In this document: piece by piece, positions 1 through 9,181 of the stretch
How the letters are laid out: every line of letters starts with the position of its first letter
Position numbering within the stretch: position 1 is the stretch's first letter
DNA from: an uncultured Gammaproteobacteria bacterium
GTDB taxonomy: Bacteria > Patescibacteriota > Microgenomatia > Daviesbacterales > UBA10151
Direction of reading: 5' to 3'
Assembly: GCA_964551605.1 (NCBI GenBank)
Contig: CAZKCV010000006.1
Coordinates: 70-64,069, forward strand
Length of the DNA: 64,000 bases
Program-made: the position numbers and the translations under genes
The notes under the pieces: generated by a model
Database searches by the model: none
What the model was told of the DNA's origin: nothing
The model's input: only the letters and a program-made list of their open reading frames with translations

Positions 1-5
1 CCCCT

Positions 6-236
6 ATGGATGAAAAGGAACACAAAAAAGCCCAATTTAATAAAATTTACGCTAACATCCCATTGGGTCTAAGAGATGAAATTGTGGTTGTATTGGAAAA
101 CAACGAACCATTATCCTGGAATGCTGCCAAAATAGAGATTGATAATGATACAGATAAGGTAGATGAAATCTTAGACAAACTTAATCGGCTAGGTTTGTTA
201 AAAGAGCATTCGGAAGACCAACATGGACACGAATAA
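6..236 (+). CDS. small hypothetical protein, first gene of a 3-gene unit
   Basis: 76-aa ORF overlapping the next ORF. Confidence 0.6.
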   Translation: MDEKEHKKAQFNKIYANIPLGLRDEIVVVLENNEPLSWNAAKIEIDNDTDKVDEILDKLNRLGLLKEHSEDQHGHE

Positions 237-456
237 GGAAGACAAAAAGCTTCAGGAATACATTAAAGAGCTGGTGATAGCCAGAATTAACGCTCTCTCT
301 AAAGATTTGGAGATTTCAGTCGGTGGTGAAAATATTACCAGAGAGCAGATTGTAGAAAGCGTTAAAGAAGGTAATGAACTTGGCCAAGAGATCATTGAAA
401 TGCAGTTAAAATTCCTAAGAGATATTGCTAGAGGTAAAATCTACCAGAGTGAATAA
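223..456 (+). CDS. small hypothetical protein
   Basis: 77-aa ORF overlapping both neighbours. Confidence 0.65.
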   Translation: MDTNKEDKKLQEYIKELVIARINALSKDLEISVGGENITREQIVESVKEGNELGQEIIEMQLKFLRDIARGKIYQSE

Positions 457-1102
457 TTCCATCCTCATCACCAGACCTAATCATGATTTCCCTACCACTT
501 ACCTCTACTTCTGGAGTGAGTTGGTAATAGATGAGGCAAAAAACAAAGGGATCACAGTATTGGATTTAGAGGGTAAGAAAGCCAGCAAGCAAAAATTTGT
601 TAGTTATATCAGCAGAAACAATCCTCACCTAATTTTTCTAAATGGTCATGGATCAAAAGACTCTGTGGCAGGATATGATAATGAGGTATTGCTTGATGAG
701 GATAACTGCGAAGCGCTGCTTAGAGAAAAAATAATTTATGCTAGGAGTTGTGAGGCAGGGGCAAAATTAGGTCCATTTAGCATAGAAAAAGGCGCAGCTG
801 CTTTTATTGGTTACAATAAAGACTTCTGGTTAATCCGCTCAAAAGAACGGGGTACTAAACCATTAACTGATCCAATTGCTAAACTCTTTTTAGAGCCATC
901 AAATCTGGTACCTATTACCTTAATCAAGGGAAATAGTACCCAGGAGGCATATCAAAAATCCCAAGAGAATATGAGAAGAAACTTTAGTTACATGATTTCC
1001 AGTAAATCTTCCCTAGAAGAACGAGATGCTGCCTTTTTTCTTTTTTCCAATTATACTTGCCAAGTGATATTGGGAGATAAGCAAGCTTGTTTAAATAAAT
1101 AA
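449..1102 (+). CDS. putative caspase-hemoglobinase-fold (CHAT/C25-like) protease
   Basis: LIFLNGHG and IIYARSCE motifs resemble the His-Gly/Ser-Cys dyad, plus AFIGY; GTG start at 449 inferred from overlap with the upstream stop. Confidence 0.55.
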   Translation: MNNSILITRPNHDFPTTYLYFWSELVIDEAKNKGITVLDLEGKKASKQKFVSYISRNNPHLIFLNGHGSKDSVAGYDNEVLLDEDNCEALLREKIIYARSCEAGAKLGPFSIEKGAAAFIGYNKDFWLIRSKERGTKPLTDPIAKLFLEPSNLVPITLIKGNSTQEAYQKSQENMRRNFSYMISSKSSLEERDAAFFLFSNYTCQVILGDKQACLNK

Positions 1103-1131
1103 ACCCCATGTAACTAGTGAGACATTTTGAT

Positions 1132-1677
1132 TTACGCTACTTGTTGCCTGCTAAGTTTTTCTTTATTATGCAGTAACAAACTTTGTTTGTATTTGGCTGT
1201 TAAGGTCTCAAGCTGCATAAGAAGCTCCTCGTTGCTCACTCCCTCATACCGGTCCTTTACAGTGACTTCATGACTCCCGATCTCTGTTGGTAAGCCTAGC
1301 TCTATCCTTTGAATTTCCCAGGCTTTCTCAAAATCAGCCATAGTAATCTCACCCTGGGGGTTTTCCCTTAGCTGCTGTCCAAACTTAATCATGATTGCCC
1401 GGGTGATTGTTAAAATTTCCATCTTGGATATTGCCAACTGTTCGATAGCTTTTTTGACTGCCTCTTCTTTTGCCGCCTGATGGATTGCCTGGGATCTTTC
1501 AACCCACTGGTATTTTGCAGACCAGCTTTTTAACGTTTTAAACGATGGCTTTTTGAATTTTAGCCCATATTCGGCCCATGTTTGGTGCAATTTTTGGATG
1601 GAAGGAGCAGGCATGCTGCTGTATGCCAAAAGTGCCTGATGCTGCATTATATTTTCTCTAGCCGGTTTATCGCTCAT
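1132..1677 (-). CDS. hypothetical protein, terminase small subunit/HTH-like
   Basis: TLKSWSAKYQWVER resembles phage TerS-like N-terminal HTH proteins; helical C-terminus. Confidence 0.45.
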   Translation of the reverse strand: MSDKPARENIMQHQALLAYSSMPAPSIQKLHQTWAEYGLKFKKPSFKTLKSWSAKYQWVERSQAIHQAAKEEAVKKAIEQLAISKMEILTITRAIMIKFGQQLRENPQGEITMADFEKAWEIQRIELGLPTEIGSHEVTVKDRYEGVSNEELLMQLETLTAKYKQSLLLHNKEKLSRQQVA

Positions 1678-1784
1678 ACTGCTACTAGTCCTGGTTGCAA
1701 AATTTGTTGCATATACTTGTAGCTATAATCAAGTGGCTGATATGGTATAGTCCACTCATAGGTTCTGAATGTATTAAGCAAAGC

Positions 1785-1878
1785 CAACCGACCAAAGGGA
1801 GGTTAAAGGGCCAAACTTGTTTAGCCCGGCAACCGACCAAAGGGAGGTTAAAGGGCCAAACTTGTTTAGCCCGGCAAC
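1785..1878. repeat. perfect 45-bp tandem duplication containing a hairpin
   Basis: CAACCGACCAAAGGGAGGTTAAAGGGCCAAACTTGTTTAGCCCGG at 1785 and 1830. Confidence 0.9.
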
Positions 1879-1936
1879 ACGAGTAAAATTTTCCTAAAAA
1901 GAGTAGGTGCCAAGCTAGTCCACCTGGAAGGTGGGC

Positions 1937-3127
1937 TTAATTCATATCAAGTACCAGTCCACCCCAGGTAAAATTTTGTGCCCCCAGACCCTCCCCTGTT
2001 TGCGGATTGAAATATTCCCGAAACCCTGATTTTTGAATTAAATTAATGGAGGTTTCCTTAATTTGTGCCGCAATATCACCAAAATCATAATTTAATAATC
2101 CTTTGTAGATAAGCCAATTAACTGCTATCCAGGTTGGCCCCCGCCAAAACCCTTTTGGGTTAAATGCAGGTTCGTCTATTGAAACAGTGGGGACCGGAAA
2201 TTTTGTCCAGAACTCTTTTTTGTTTAATAAGTGTTCAACTATTAATTTCTTTGCTTCTTCTTGGTTTAAGATTTCGGCAAATAAGGGCGTAAAGATAGCC
2301 CAGGTTTTTACTTTTATTTTTTGGTAGCCATTCCCGTAAGTTGAATAAAAAATGTCATCTTCCAGCATAAATTTCCTCATGGCTATGGAGATATTTCCTG
2401 CTTGTTTCATAAAGTAGACGGCATCTTCCTTATTCCCCAACCGTTCGGCAATTTGGGCAAGCAACTTTAGATTCGCTACCATAATGGCATTAAACGGTAC
2501 ATCTTTAACCCAGAAAAAATTCCTCATGCAGAAAGGTGCGTCAAATTTGCATTTAATATTTTGATTAACAAGCTCAAGACGTCTCTTAAGATTCTGATCT
2601 AATGTTTGTTTAGGAGGTAAGTCCAGAGGTGGATCAAAACGGGGTGAGTTATCTTCCCCTGACTCATCGGGATTCATAATTCCTATCAAATGTTTTTCGT
2701 GGGGATCCCTTTCATTGAGTAAATATTTGTAGAAGTGGTAAAGGGGGGCATAGGTTTGCATAAGGAAGTTGATATCCTTATCTTTTTTAAAAATCTGCCA
2801 CACTGCATAGGCCAGCATGGGTGGTTGGGTAATGGTGCTTGTTTTGTCTTTTCCCCATTTAATGGTAGGAAAAGCTACTTTCTTATTATTCTCCCAATAA
2901 ATCATGTGCGGAATCATGCCGTTTTGGAACTGTTTTGACAGCAGGGCCAAAATTTCCTTTTTTGCGTCTTCTGCTTTGAAATGGGATAGGATGATGGCAT
3001 GAAAACAGGAATCCCAAAGCCATTGGTAAGGGTAGGTATCAGGGGAAGGGACCGTATATTGCAGACCTGATGCCCGGCGGCGGTTTTGTTTCATCAGCTG
3101 GAGGCAGGTACTTGCGGTGCTGGCCAT
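1937..3127 (-). CDS. MGH1-like/GH63-type glycoside hydrolase (trehalase-like)
   Basis: YPYQWLWDS, QPPM, ESGEDNSPRFD, FWRGPTW, FREYFNP motifs. Confidence 0.85.
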   Translation of the reverse strand: MASTASTCLQLMKQNRRRASGLQYTVPSPDTYPYQWLWDSCFHAIILSHFKAEDAKKEILALLSKQFQNGMIPHMIYWENNKKVAFPTIKWGKDKTSTITQPPMLAYAVWQIFKKDKDINFLMQTYAPLYHFYKYLLNERDPHEKHLIGIMNPDESGEDNSPRFDPPLDLPPKQTLDQNLKRRLELVNQNIKCKFDAPFCMRNFFWVKDVPFNAIMVANLKLLAQIAERLGNKEDAVYFMKQAGNISIAMRKFMLEDDIFYSTYGNGYQKIKVKTWAIFTPLFAEILNQEEAKKLIVEHLLNKKEFWTKFPVPTVSIDEPAFNPKGFWRGPTWIAVNWLIYKGLLNYDFGDIAAQIKETSINLIQKSGFREYFNPQTGEGLGAQNFTWGGLVLDMN

Positions 3128-3134
3128 AAATATA

Positions 3135-3923
3135 CTATACCAAAACTTTAAGTTTATTTAAGAAGAAAATGACATCTTCCGGATCTTTTAAGTAATACTT
3201 TGCTTTTGATTGGCGCTTCCTGCCTACGGTTATGGTAATTTCTTTATTCAATTTTTGAAAAGTATCCTCGTCAGTCTTGTCGTCGCCGATAACAATAGCC
3301 ACAGGTTTTTTCTTGGTCAGGGCGGCAATTTTCTTCATAACCATATCTGCAAAATAGCCCTTATTCCAAGCAGCTTTGGGAAGTATCTCCAGCACTTTTT
3401 TTCCTAAAATTGTAGAAACTAACCCCTGTTTTTTAATATTCTTTAATATTTTTTTAAGTGATAGTTTAAGTTGCGGGATTCGCTGTTTGTCTACTGCCCT
3501 AAAGTGAAATGCCAGCATTATTTTTTTATCTTCAATAAATGCCCCGTTAAATTGGTCAGTCACTTCCTGCAGTTGTTCCTTTATCTTTCTGATGGCTATT
3601 AAGCCGCTCTTTTTTACAGGAAAAATATATTGTTTATGCTGGATTTCTCCTTTGAAGCCGTGTTTACTGGCATAGATTATATCCGGTATCCCGACCCTTT
3701 GTTCCAGATCATTCAACTGCCTGCCGCTTACGACCGCTACATAAAAGTTGGGTTTTTGACAAAGGCTTTGTAATAATCTTTGGGTTCCTTTTGAAATGTT
3801 TGCCAGTTTTGGTGATTTGACGATGGGTGTGAGTGTGCCGTCAAAATCAAGGAACAAAACTTTCGGACAATCCTTCTTCAGCAAGAGGGTGATTTCATCA
3901 AGATCCTGCCATAAGTATTTCAT
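3135..3923 (-). CDS. otsB: trehalose-6-phosphate phosphatase
   Basis: FLDFDGTL, VSGR, GDDKTDED HAD motifs; operonic with otsA. Confidence 0.9.
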   Translation of the reverse strand: MKYLWQDLDEITLLLKKDCPKVLFLDFDGTLTPIVKSPKLANISKGTQRLLQSLCQKPNFYVAVVSGRQLNDLEQRVGIPDIIYASKHGFKGEIQHKQYIFPVKKSGLIAIRKIKEQLQEVTDQFNGAFIEDKKIMLAFHFRAVDKQRIPQLKLSLKKILKNIKKQGLVSTILGKKVLEILPKAAWNKGYFADMVMKKIAALTKKKPVAIVIGDDKTDEDTFQKLNKEITITVGRKRQSKAKYYLKDPEDVIFFLNKLKVLV

Positions 3924-6160
3924 CCCAGTCCCACCATTGTTTTTAGAAGTTCCGCTGACCAGCGGTAAACATTATTATTTTTGATTATTTCCCGCATATC
4001 CTGCATTCTCTTTGCTTGTTCCTTGGGTGGCATTTCCAGGGCTTCCCTGATTGCATCAGCAGTCTGTTCGCCGTTGTATGGGTTGACAATAAGGGCATCT
4101 TTAAGTTCTCTTGAGGCACCGGTATACTGGCTGAGTATTAAGACACCTTTATAGTCATCTCTTGCTGCTACATACTCCTTTGCCACTAAGTTCATCCCGT
4201 CATGCAATGATGTGATTAGACAAAAATCAGCTACCCGATAGAACTTTTGAAGTTCGGTGTGGTTATGGTGTTTTTTAAGAAATATAATCGGCTTCCACTT
4301 ACCCTTCTTAAACTGTGAGTTAATGCGTTCAACTTCTTTTTCAACTGCTTCAGCAAACTCGCTCATTTTCTTAATTTTACTTCTTGAGGGAGGAGCAATC
4401 TGGATAAAGGTAAAATTTGATTGATATTGGGGGTTTTCAGTCAGGAAAATTTCAATGGCCTTTAACCGTTCCAGAATGCCTTTAATGTAATCAAGCCTGT
4501 CAACTCCCAGCCCGATATATTTTGTTTTTATCCCCAGATTCTTAACCAGTGCATGGGATTCTTTTCTGTTATTTTCTATGGTTTGTTTATCCAGGCCATT
4601 ACCATTTGAAAAAGCAATACTGATGGGAAAAGGTTTAACAAACGATTTATGGTTATTTCTGGTAATGGCAAATTGCTCAAAATCTATTAATGACTCCAAT
4701 TCCCTGCCTACTGTTTCAATGAAATTATTGCAGTAAAGTTGAGTATGGAAACCGACTAAGTCGGCACCTAATATTCCTTCCAGGACTTCTCTTTTCCATG
4801 GACAAATACTAAAGGATTCCGGATTAGGCCAGGGAATATGCCAAAAAAGCCCGATAACCGCACTGGGCTTTTGCATTTTTACCATCCTTGGGACCAGGGC
4901 AAGTTGGTAATCCTGGATTAAAACAATTGGCCTTTCCTGTTTCCTGATCTCCGCCAGGATTGTTTTTGCAAATTTTTCATTTACTTTATAATACTGTTCC
5001 CAATCTTCTTTTCTAAAAGTCGGGCGGTTATGGGCATTATGGCAAAGCGGCCACAACCCCTCGTTAGAGAATCCAAAATAATATCCTGCCTCTTCTTCTT
5101 CGGTCAACCAAATCCGTTTGAGGGTGTATTTTGGTTCGTCAGGCGGAACTTTTAGCCTATTGTTTTTATCCACTACTAACTTATCCGCATCCCCGCTCCC
5201 GTTAGCTATCCACATGCCTCCGCATGCCTGCATTACAGGTTCGATTGCTGTGACAGGCCCGCTTGCCGGCATATAATAAGTGATCTTACCGTTGCTTTTT
5301 GTATGGATATAAGGTTCCCTGTTTGAAACCATAAAGATAGTCCTGCCCTTTAAAATGTCTTTGATAAATTCCTTCAGTCTTTCTGCTGTCCATGGAGAGT
5401 TAACTTCTTCAAGCCGGAGCCTGGCTTCTTCACTGGCTGTTGATCGTGCTTCCTGTAAGCTCCTTCTGATATTGGTAATTTCATTTACCAGAGGGCGGAA
5501 AAACAATGAATTAACGGGTCTTCTGGAATCCGGTTCCCGTTCTCCTGATCTTGCTACCTTAAGTGATTCAACGAGGCTTTTTATTGGTGTATAGATAAGC
5601 CATTTTATTAAAAGAAGGGTGGCCAGGGATAATAAAGAGGCCTGGATAAAGAGTCTGAATAAGTTGTTTTTCCAGATGTCTTCTATTCTGGTATTAATAT
5701 ATTCGGCATTTTGAGCAATCATTAATGCCCCAACTACACTTTCTTTGTCATGAAGAGGGGTTGCCAGCAAATATATTTTATTATTATTAAGCTCAATAAA
5801 ATCACCTGTAGCCTGGTCCAGGTCCATGGCGTCCGCGGCGGTTTGTTTTGCCTTAGGAATTTCTGAAGTCAGACTTGAAGAAGTAGCAACCGGGTTTGCC
5901 TTATTATCATAAATGTTCATCCCCACCAGTCTTTCTTTGTTTTCGAATCTATTTACCATAGATTGCAGTTGCTGGTCTGATTTATTGATAAAATTTGGTT
6001 CAACAGCCTCTTTTAAGCTTTCGGCCAGCAGGGTGGAACGAAATTCCAGATCACTCTTGAGCCTTTGTTCTTCCCGATAAACCTGGGAGGCAGTGAAAGC
6101 GACTACAATAAGAGTTATAATTACTACAATTACAGAGACCGCAATCAATAACTGTTTCAT
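3920..6160 (-). CDS. otsA: trehalose-6-phosphate synthase with N-terminal TM-extracytoplasmic-TM-HAMP-like extension
   Basis: VSNREP, GFSNEGLWPLCH, QDYQL, FWHIPWP, VDRLDYIKG, DGMNLVAKEY; about 270 extra N-terminal residues with two hydrophobic helices. Confidence 0.9.
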   Translation of the reverse strand: MKQLLIAVSVIVVIITLIVVAFTASQVYREEQRLKSDLEFRSTLLAESLKEAVEPNFINKSDQQLQSMVNRFENKERLVGMNIYDNKANPVATSSSLTSEIPKAKQTAADAMDLDQATGDFIELNNNKIYLLATPLHDKESVVGALMIAQNAEYINTRIEDIWKNNLFRLFIQASLLSLATLLLIKWLIYTPIKSLVESLKVARSGEREPDSRRPVNSLFFRPLVNEITNIRRSLQEARSTASEEARLRLEEVNSPWTAERLKEFIKDILKGRTIFMVSNREPYIHTKSNGKITYYMPASGPVTAIEPVMQACGGMWIANGSGDADKLVVDKNNRLKVPPDEPKYTLKRIWLTEEEEAGYYFGFSNEGLWPLCHNAHNRPTFRKEDWEQYYKVNEKFAKTILAEIRKQERPIVLIQDYQLALVPRMVKMQKPSAVIGLFWHIPWPNPESFSICPWKREVLEGILGADLVGFHTQLYCNNFIETVGRELESLIDFEQFAITRNNHKSFVKPFPISIAFSNGNGLDKQTIENNRKESHALVKNLGIKTKYIGLGVDRLDYIKGILERLKAIEIFLTENPQYQSNFTFIQIAPPSRSKIKKMSEFAEAVEKEVERINSQFKKGKWKPIIFLKKHHNHTELQKFYRVADFCLITSLHDGMNLVAKEYVAARDDYKGVLILSQYTGASRELKDALIVNPYNGEQTADAIREALEMPPKEQAKRMQDMREIIKNNNVYRWSAELLKTMVGLG

Positions 6161-6201
6161 TCAATGTATTATACAGGAAAAAGATAAGACTGTAATCCGT
6201 G

Positions 6202-6786
6202 CTAGTTTGACTGATGCTTCGGAGGGTTTTGTAATGAATCTTTTTTGTTCTCTTTTGCTTCTTCTTTATTTTGTGCAGCCGGATTATCAGGAATCTGATT
6301 TTGGTTTTCCTTTTGCTTGCTGACTGATTCAATTGCCTGCTCTAAGCCTTTTATTGCCTGTTCAGGGGCTTTTTCTATGACCTTTTGTAAAACATTAATT
6401 GCTTTTGTTTTATCTTTTTGTAATCTTTCCTGCTCATTTTGTCTCCGTTTTTTAATTTCCGAGTTAATATAGATTTTTAGTTCAGGAGGTGTAATAGTTA
6501 AAACTGCTTCTTCACTTGCAGTTTTAATTTGATATAGCGGGTCTCCGGGTAAACTGTATTGAGCGGCATAAACTACCCCGATGCCCGGTAAGACAAGAAA
6601 TAAAAGCATTAAAAAGGCAAACCGATATAGAAATGGATGGTTTTCTTGTATTTTGGGACCGGAAATTTTGTTAAGAAGGCGCATCCTGGCGTTTTTTCTA
6701 AAAACCGGGTCAGGATTTATACTTTCTAAGTTTCTTAATTCCCTTAAAAATCGTTTTATATTATTATCTTTCATTTTTTTAATCAT
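6202..6786 (-). CDS. DUF5667-type membrane protein, putative anti-sigma factor
   Basis: TM helix then AAQYSLPGDPLYQIK; directly downstream of an ECF sigma. Confidence 0.75.
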   Translation of the reverse strand: MIKKMKDNNIKRFLRELRNLESINPDPVFRKNARMRLLNKISGPKIQENHPFLYRFAFLMLLFLVLPGIGVVYAAQYSLPGDPLYQIKTASEEAVLTITPPELKIYINSEIKKRRQNEQERLQKDKTKAINVLQKVIEKAPEQAIKGLEQAIESVSKQKENQNQIPDNPAAQNKEEAKENKKDSLQNPPKHQSN

Positions 6787-7321
6787 TTTCTAATAACCGC
6801 CTTAATTTTTTTAGTGCCCTGTTTTGTAAAACCCTGACATGGCTAACCGGCTTTTGTAGGATGGTACTGACTTCTTCATTAGTTTTTTCCTCTACAAATT
6901 TCAGGATGATAATTTCCTTATAGGCATCAGATAGTTTTTCCAGCGCCCTTAAAGCAGCTTCGTAAGTTAACTTAAGTTCAGTATAGTCCAGCGGAGATAA
7001 ATTGTTATCTTCTAACTCCGTTATGGCTTCAAGTTGAACATATTTTTTTTGAGTCCGATAATAGTCTATTACCGAATTTCGGGCTATGCGGAATAGCCAT
7101 GCTTCAAAGGGTGCTCCTTCATCCTGAAATCCATTCAGCCCTTCCCAGGCCTTTAAGAATATATTTTCCGTTAAATCTTCCGCCTCCTCCTTCATACCTA
7201 CTCTAAAATAAACAAAACGGTAGATTTTCCCCAGTAATAAGTCATAAATTTTTCCATATGCTTCCCCGCTCCCTTCCCGAGCTTTCCTGACCAGTAATTT
7301 TAGGCTTTCTTTCGTAGTGTA
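6779..7321 (-). CDS. ECF sigma-70 factor (start codon uncertain)
   Basis: AEDLT...WLFRIARN..IDYYR and region 4; the frame stays open to 7321 and encodes LVRKAREGSGEAYGKIYD...IYRFVYFR, with no ATG/GTG/TTG upstream of 7195. Confidence 0.85.
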   Translation of the reverse strand, partial: YTTKESLKLLVRKAREGSGEAYGKIYDLLLGKIYRFVYFRVGMKEEAEDLTENIFLKAWEGLNGFQDEGAPFEAWLFRIARNSVIDYYRTQKKYVQLEAITELEDNNLSPLDYTELKLTYEAALRALEKLSDAYKEIIILKFVEEKTNEEVSTILQKPVSHVRVLQNRALKKLRRLLEND

Positions 7322-7326
7322 TTAAT

Positions 7327-7355
7327 TATAACGAAAGATTGGAAAATGTGTAACA
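7327..7355 (-). promoter_or_regulatory. putative ECF autoregulatory promoter TGTTACA-N15-CGTTATA
   Basis: same motif and spacing upstream of the second ECF gene. Confidence 0.5.
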
Positions 7356-7394
7356 TGTTATGTTCTTAAGTTATTTTCGTTTTACTTATTAGAG

Positions 7395-7586
7395 ATGGAT
7401 ATGCAAAGAAGTGCAAATAATTTACAAGTCAGTAATGCTATCGAATTTTGGGGATTATTTTGTTTCGTTTGTGACAAAGATTTTATCCTAAAAAGGAAGC
7501 TTTTTCAGGGCAAGCGGGATATGAAATGCCCCCGGTGCCACACAAAAGAGGCTGTGATTACCAATGTTTCAGATCAGGTCAGGTAG
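7395..7586 (+). CDS. small zinc-ribbon protein
   Basis: CFVC...CPRC. Confidence 0.45.
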   Translation: MDMQRSANNLQVSNAIEFWGLFCFVCDKDFILKRKLFQGKRDMKCPRCHTKEAVITNVSDQVR

Positions 7587-7618
7587 ATTATGAAGTTACA
7601 CAACTTAAGATCGAGGTC

Positions 7619-7647
7619 TTGACAAAGTTTTCAAAAGTGCATATCGT
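7619..7647 (+). promoter_or_regulatory. sigma70-type promoter
   Basis: TTGACA-N17-TATCGT. Confidence 0.55.
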
Positions 7648-7653
7648 AGGAAT

Positions 7654-7814
7654 TGTCCGGCCGATGCATAGGTTTGGGGCTTAATGCCAGAAAGCCAGGT
7701 TTCTAGAGACCGGCCCAATGACAGGATAAAAGTTAGTTGTGTGTGGTTCTAAGAAGTGCAGATGGAAACATTAGTGCTTCGACAAAAAAATCTGTCCACA
7801 AGGCAGATTTTTTT
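7654..7814 (+). ncRNA. candidate structured ncRNA of unknown family
   Basis: lies between a promoter and a terminator; multi-stem fold with a GAAA-capped hairpin (7753-7780); G-U pairs favour the + strand. Confidence 0.5.
7784..7814 (+). terminator. intrinsic terminator
   Basis: AAAAAAATCTGTCCACAAGGCAGATTTTTTT. Confidence 0.7.
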
Positions 7815-7820
7815 GATTAT

Positions 7821-8645
7821 ATGAAAAGATTTCTGATATTACTTGGTTTAATTTTAATTATTATTGTTCCCTTTTTCATTCTGACTAATCTGATACTTAA
7901 AAATCTGGAAAGGAAAGCTGAGCAGAAGGTTGAAAAGAAGCCTCTGGTTAATATCCGGGAAGATAACAGGACTAAAGTTAAATACCCTGATGATTTTACT
8001 ATTGTGCTGGTTGGTGATTCAATGACTGAACGCTTAGGCAATTCGGATGAGATACGGGCCAACTTAAAAAAATATTATCCGGGGAAATCAATTGAGGTAC
8101 TAAACTATGGTTTTGGTTCCACTAATATTTTATCAGTAGAAAAAAGACTGACGGAAAAGTCTTTTTATACCCGGGAATTCCGGCCGATTTTAGATATTGC
8201 TTTTGATGTATTAATCCTGGAATCTTTTGGTAATAATCCCCTTTCGCAGTTTCCTTTGGAGGACGGCTTAAAAAAGCAAACTCAAGCTTTGGACCGGATT
8301 GTGGATTTGATCAGAAAGGGAAATCCCGGCTCAAAATTAGTTTTTCTGGCCACCATTGCCCCTGATAAATTTAACTTTGGCAAGGGGGTGCTGGATTTAT
8401 CGGATAAGGAACGGGAAAAATGGGCTTTAGAAAGAACGGAATATATTAAAAATCATATAAATTATGCCAAATCCCACAATATCCCGCTGATTAATGCTTA
8501 TGAAAATTCCTTGACAAAAGACGGCAGCGGCCGGGCAGATTTTCTTTCCAAAGACGATTATATCCATCCTTCCCCGAAAGGGGTGATCTTTATTTCGGAA
8601 CAGATAGCAACCTCGCTTTATGAATTTAGGATATTAGAGCAATAG
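7821..8645 (+). CDS. membrane-anchored SGNH/GDSL hydrolase
   Basis: N-terminal TM; VGDSMT, GNN, DYIHPS. Confidence 0.85.
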   Translation: MKRFLILLGLILIIIVPFFILTNLILKNLERKAEQKVEKKPLVNIREDNRTKVKYPDDFTIVLVGDSMTERLGNSDEIRANLKKYYPGKSIEVLNYGFGSTNILSVEKRLTEKSFYTREFRPILDIAFDVLILESFGNNPLSQFPLEDGLKKQTQALDRIVDLIRKGNPGSKLVFLATIAPDKFNFGKGVLDLSDKEREKWALERTEYIKNHINYAKSHNIPLINAYENSLTKDGSGRADFLSKDDYIHPSPKGVIFISEQIATSLYEFRILEQ

Positions 8646-8646
8646 A

Positions 8647-9069
8647 CTATTTACTTTTTCTTGTTTTTTGGGCCAGGCTGATGTTGTGCATATAAGCCCT
8701 TTGTTGTTCTTCGGTTGGCTTTTTTCTTTCAGGGATACCGGGCCGATCCGTTGCCTCGAAGATATCGCCTTTGATATGAGTTGGGACAGAGCCCAGGTTT
8801 TCTATTACCTCCCTGGCATCATCCGTATCAGGCACCAGTTCATCTTCTTCTATATGGGCTGATTTTTTGTTGATCATCCAGGTTTGGGTATCCCAGTTGC
8901 CATTTTTGCGTATGCCGGCCAGCCGTATTACATCTCCGCCTTTTTCGCCAACATCATGATACCTGAAGGCAATAAATTCTTCCTTGGGGTGGACCACAAT
9001 CCGGTACCACTCCCCTTCCCCGACTGCTCCGGGTTTTTCCCTAATATTTTTTTTAGCACCGCTTGCCAT
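8647..9069 (-). CDS. conserved-looking hypothetical protein
   Basis: globular ORF (WYRIVV, FRYHDVG, GNWDTQTW). Confidence 0.6.
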   Translation of the reverse strand: MASGAKKNIREKPGAVGEGEWYRIVVHPKEEFIAFRYHDVGEKGGDVIRLAGIRKNGNWDTQTWMINKKSAHIEEDELVPDTDDAREVIENLGSVPTHIKGDIFEATDRPGIPERKKPTEEQQRAYMHNISLAQKTRKSK

Positions 9070-9181
9070 ATCTGTATTTCCTAACAATAAAGAGATTAGA
9101 CCTTTAAGATGAAAGTTTGATTAATGAAGTTGAAGAAGTCTGTAAGAGAAATATTTGCCGGAATATGGTATATATGCAAAT

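Noticed and set aside
1785-1878. Possible CRISPR array
   Set aside because: Units are contiguous with no spacers, and no cas genes are present in the window
1695-1886. 63-aa ORF with repeated QPTKGRLKGQTCLAR
   Set aside because: The peptide repeat is only the translation of the 45-bp DNA duplication; no other coding evidence
7677-7694. TPP riboswitch (TAATGCCAG)
   Set aside because: No CTGAGA core and no thiamine gene downstream
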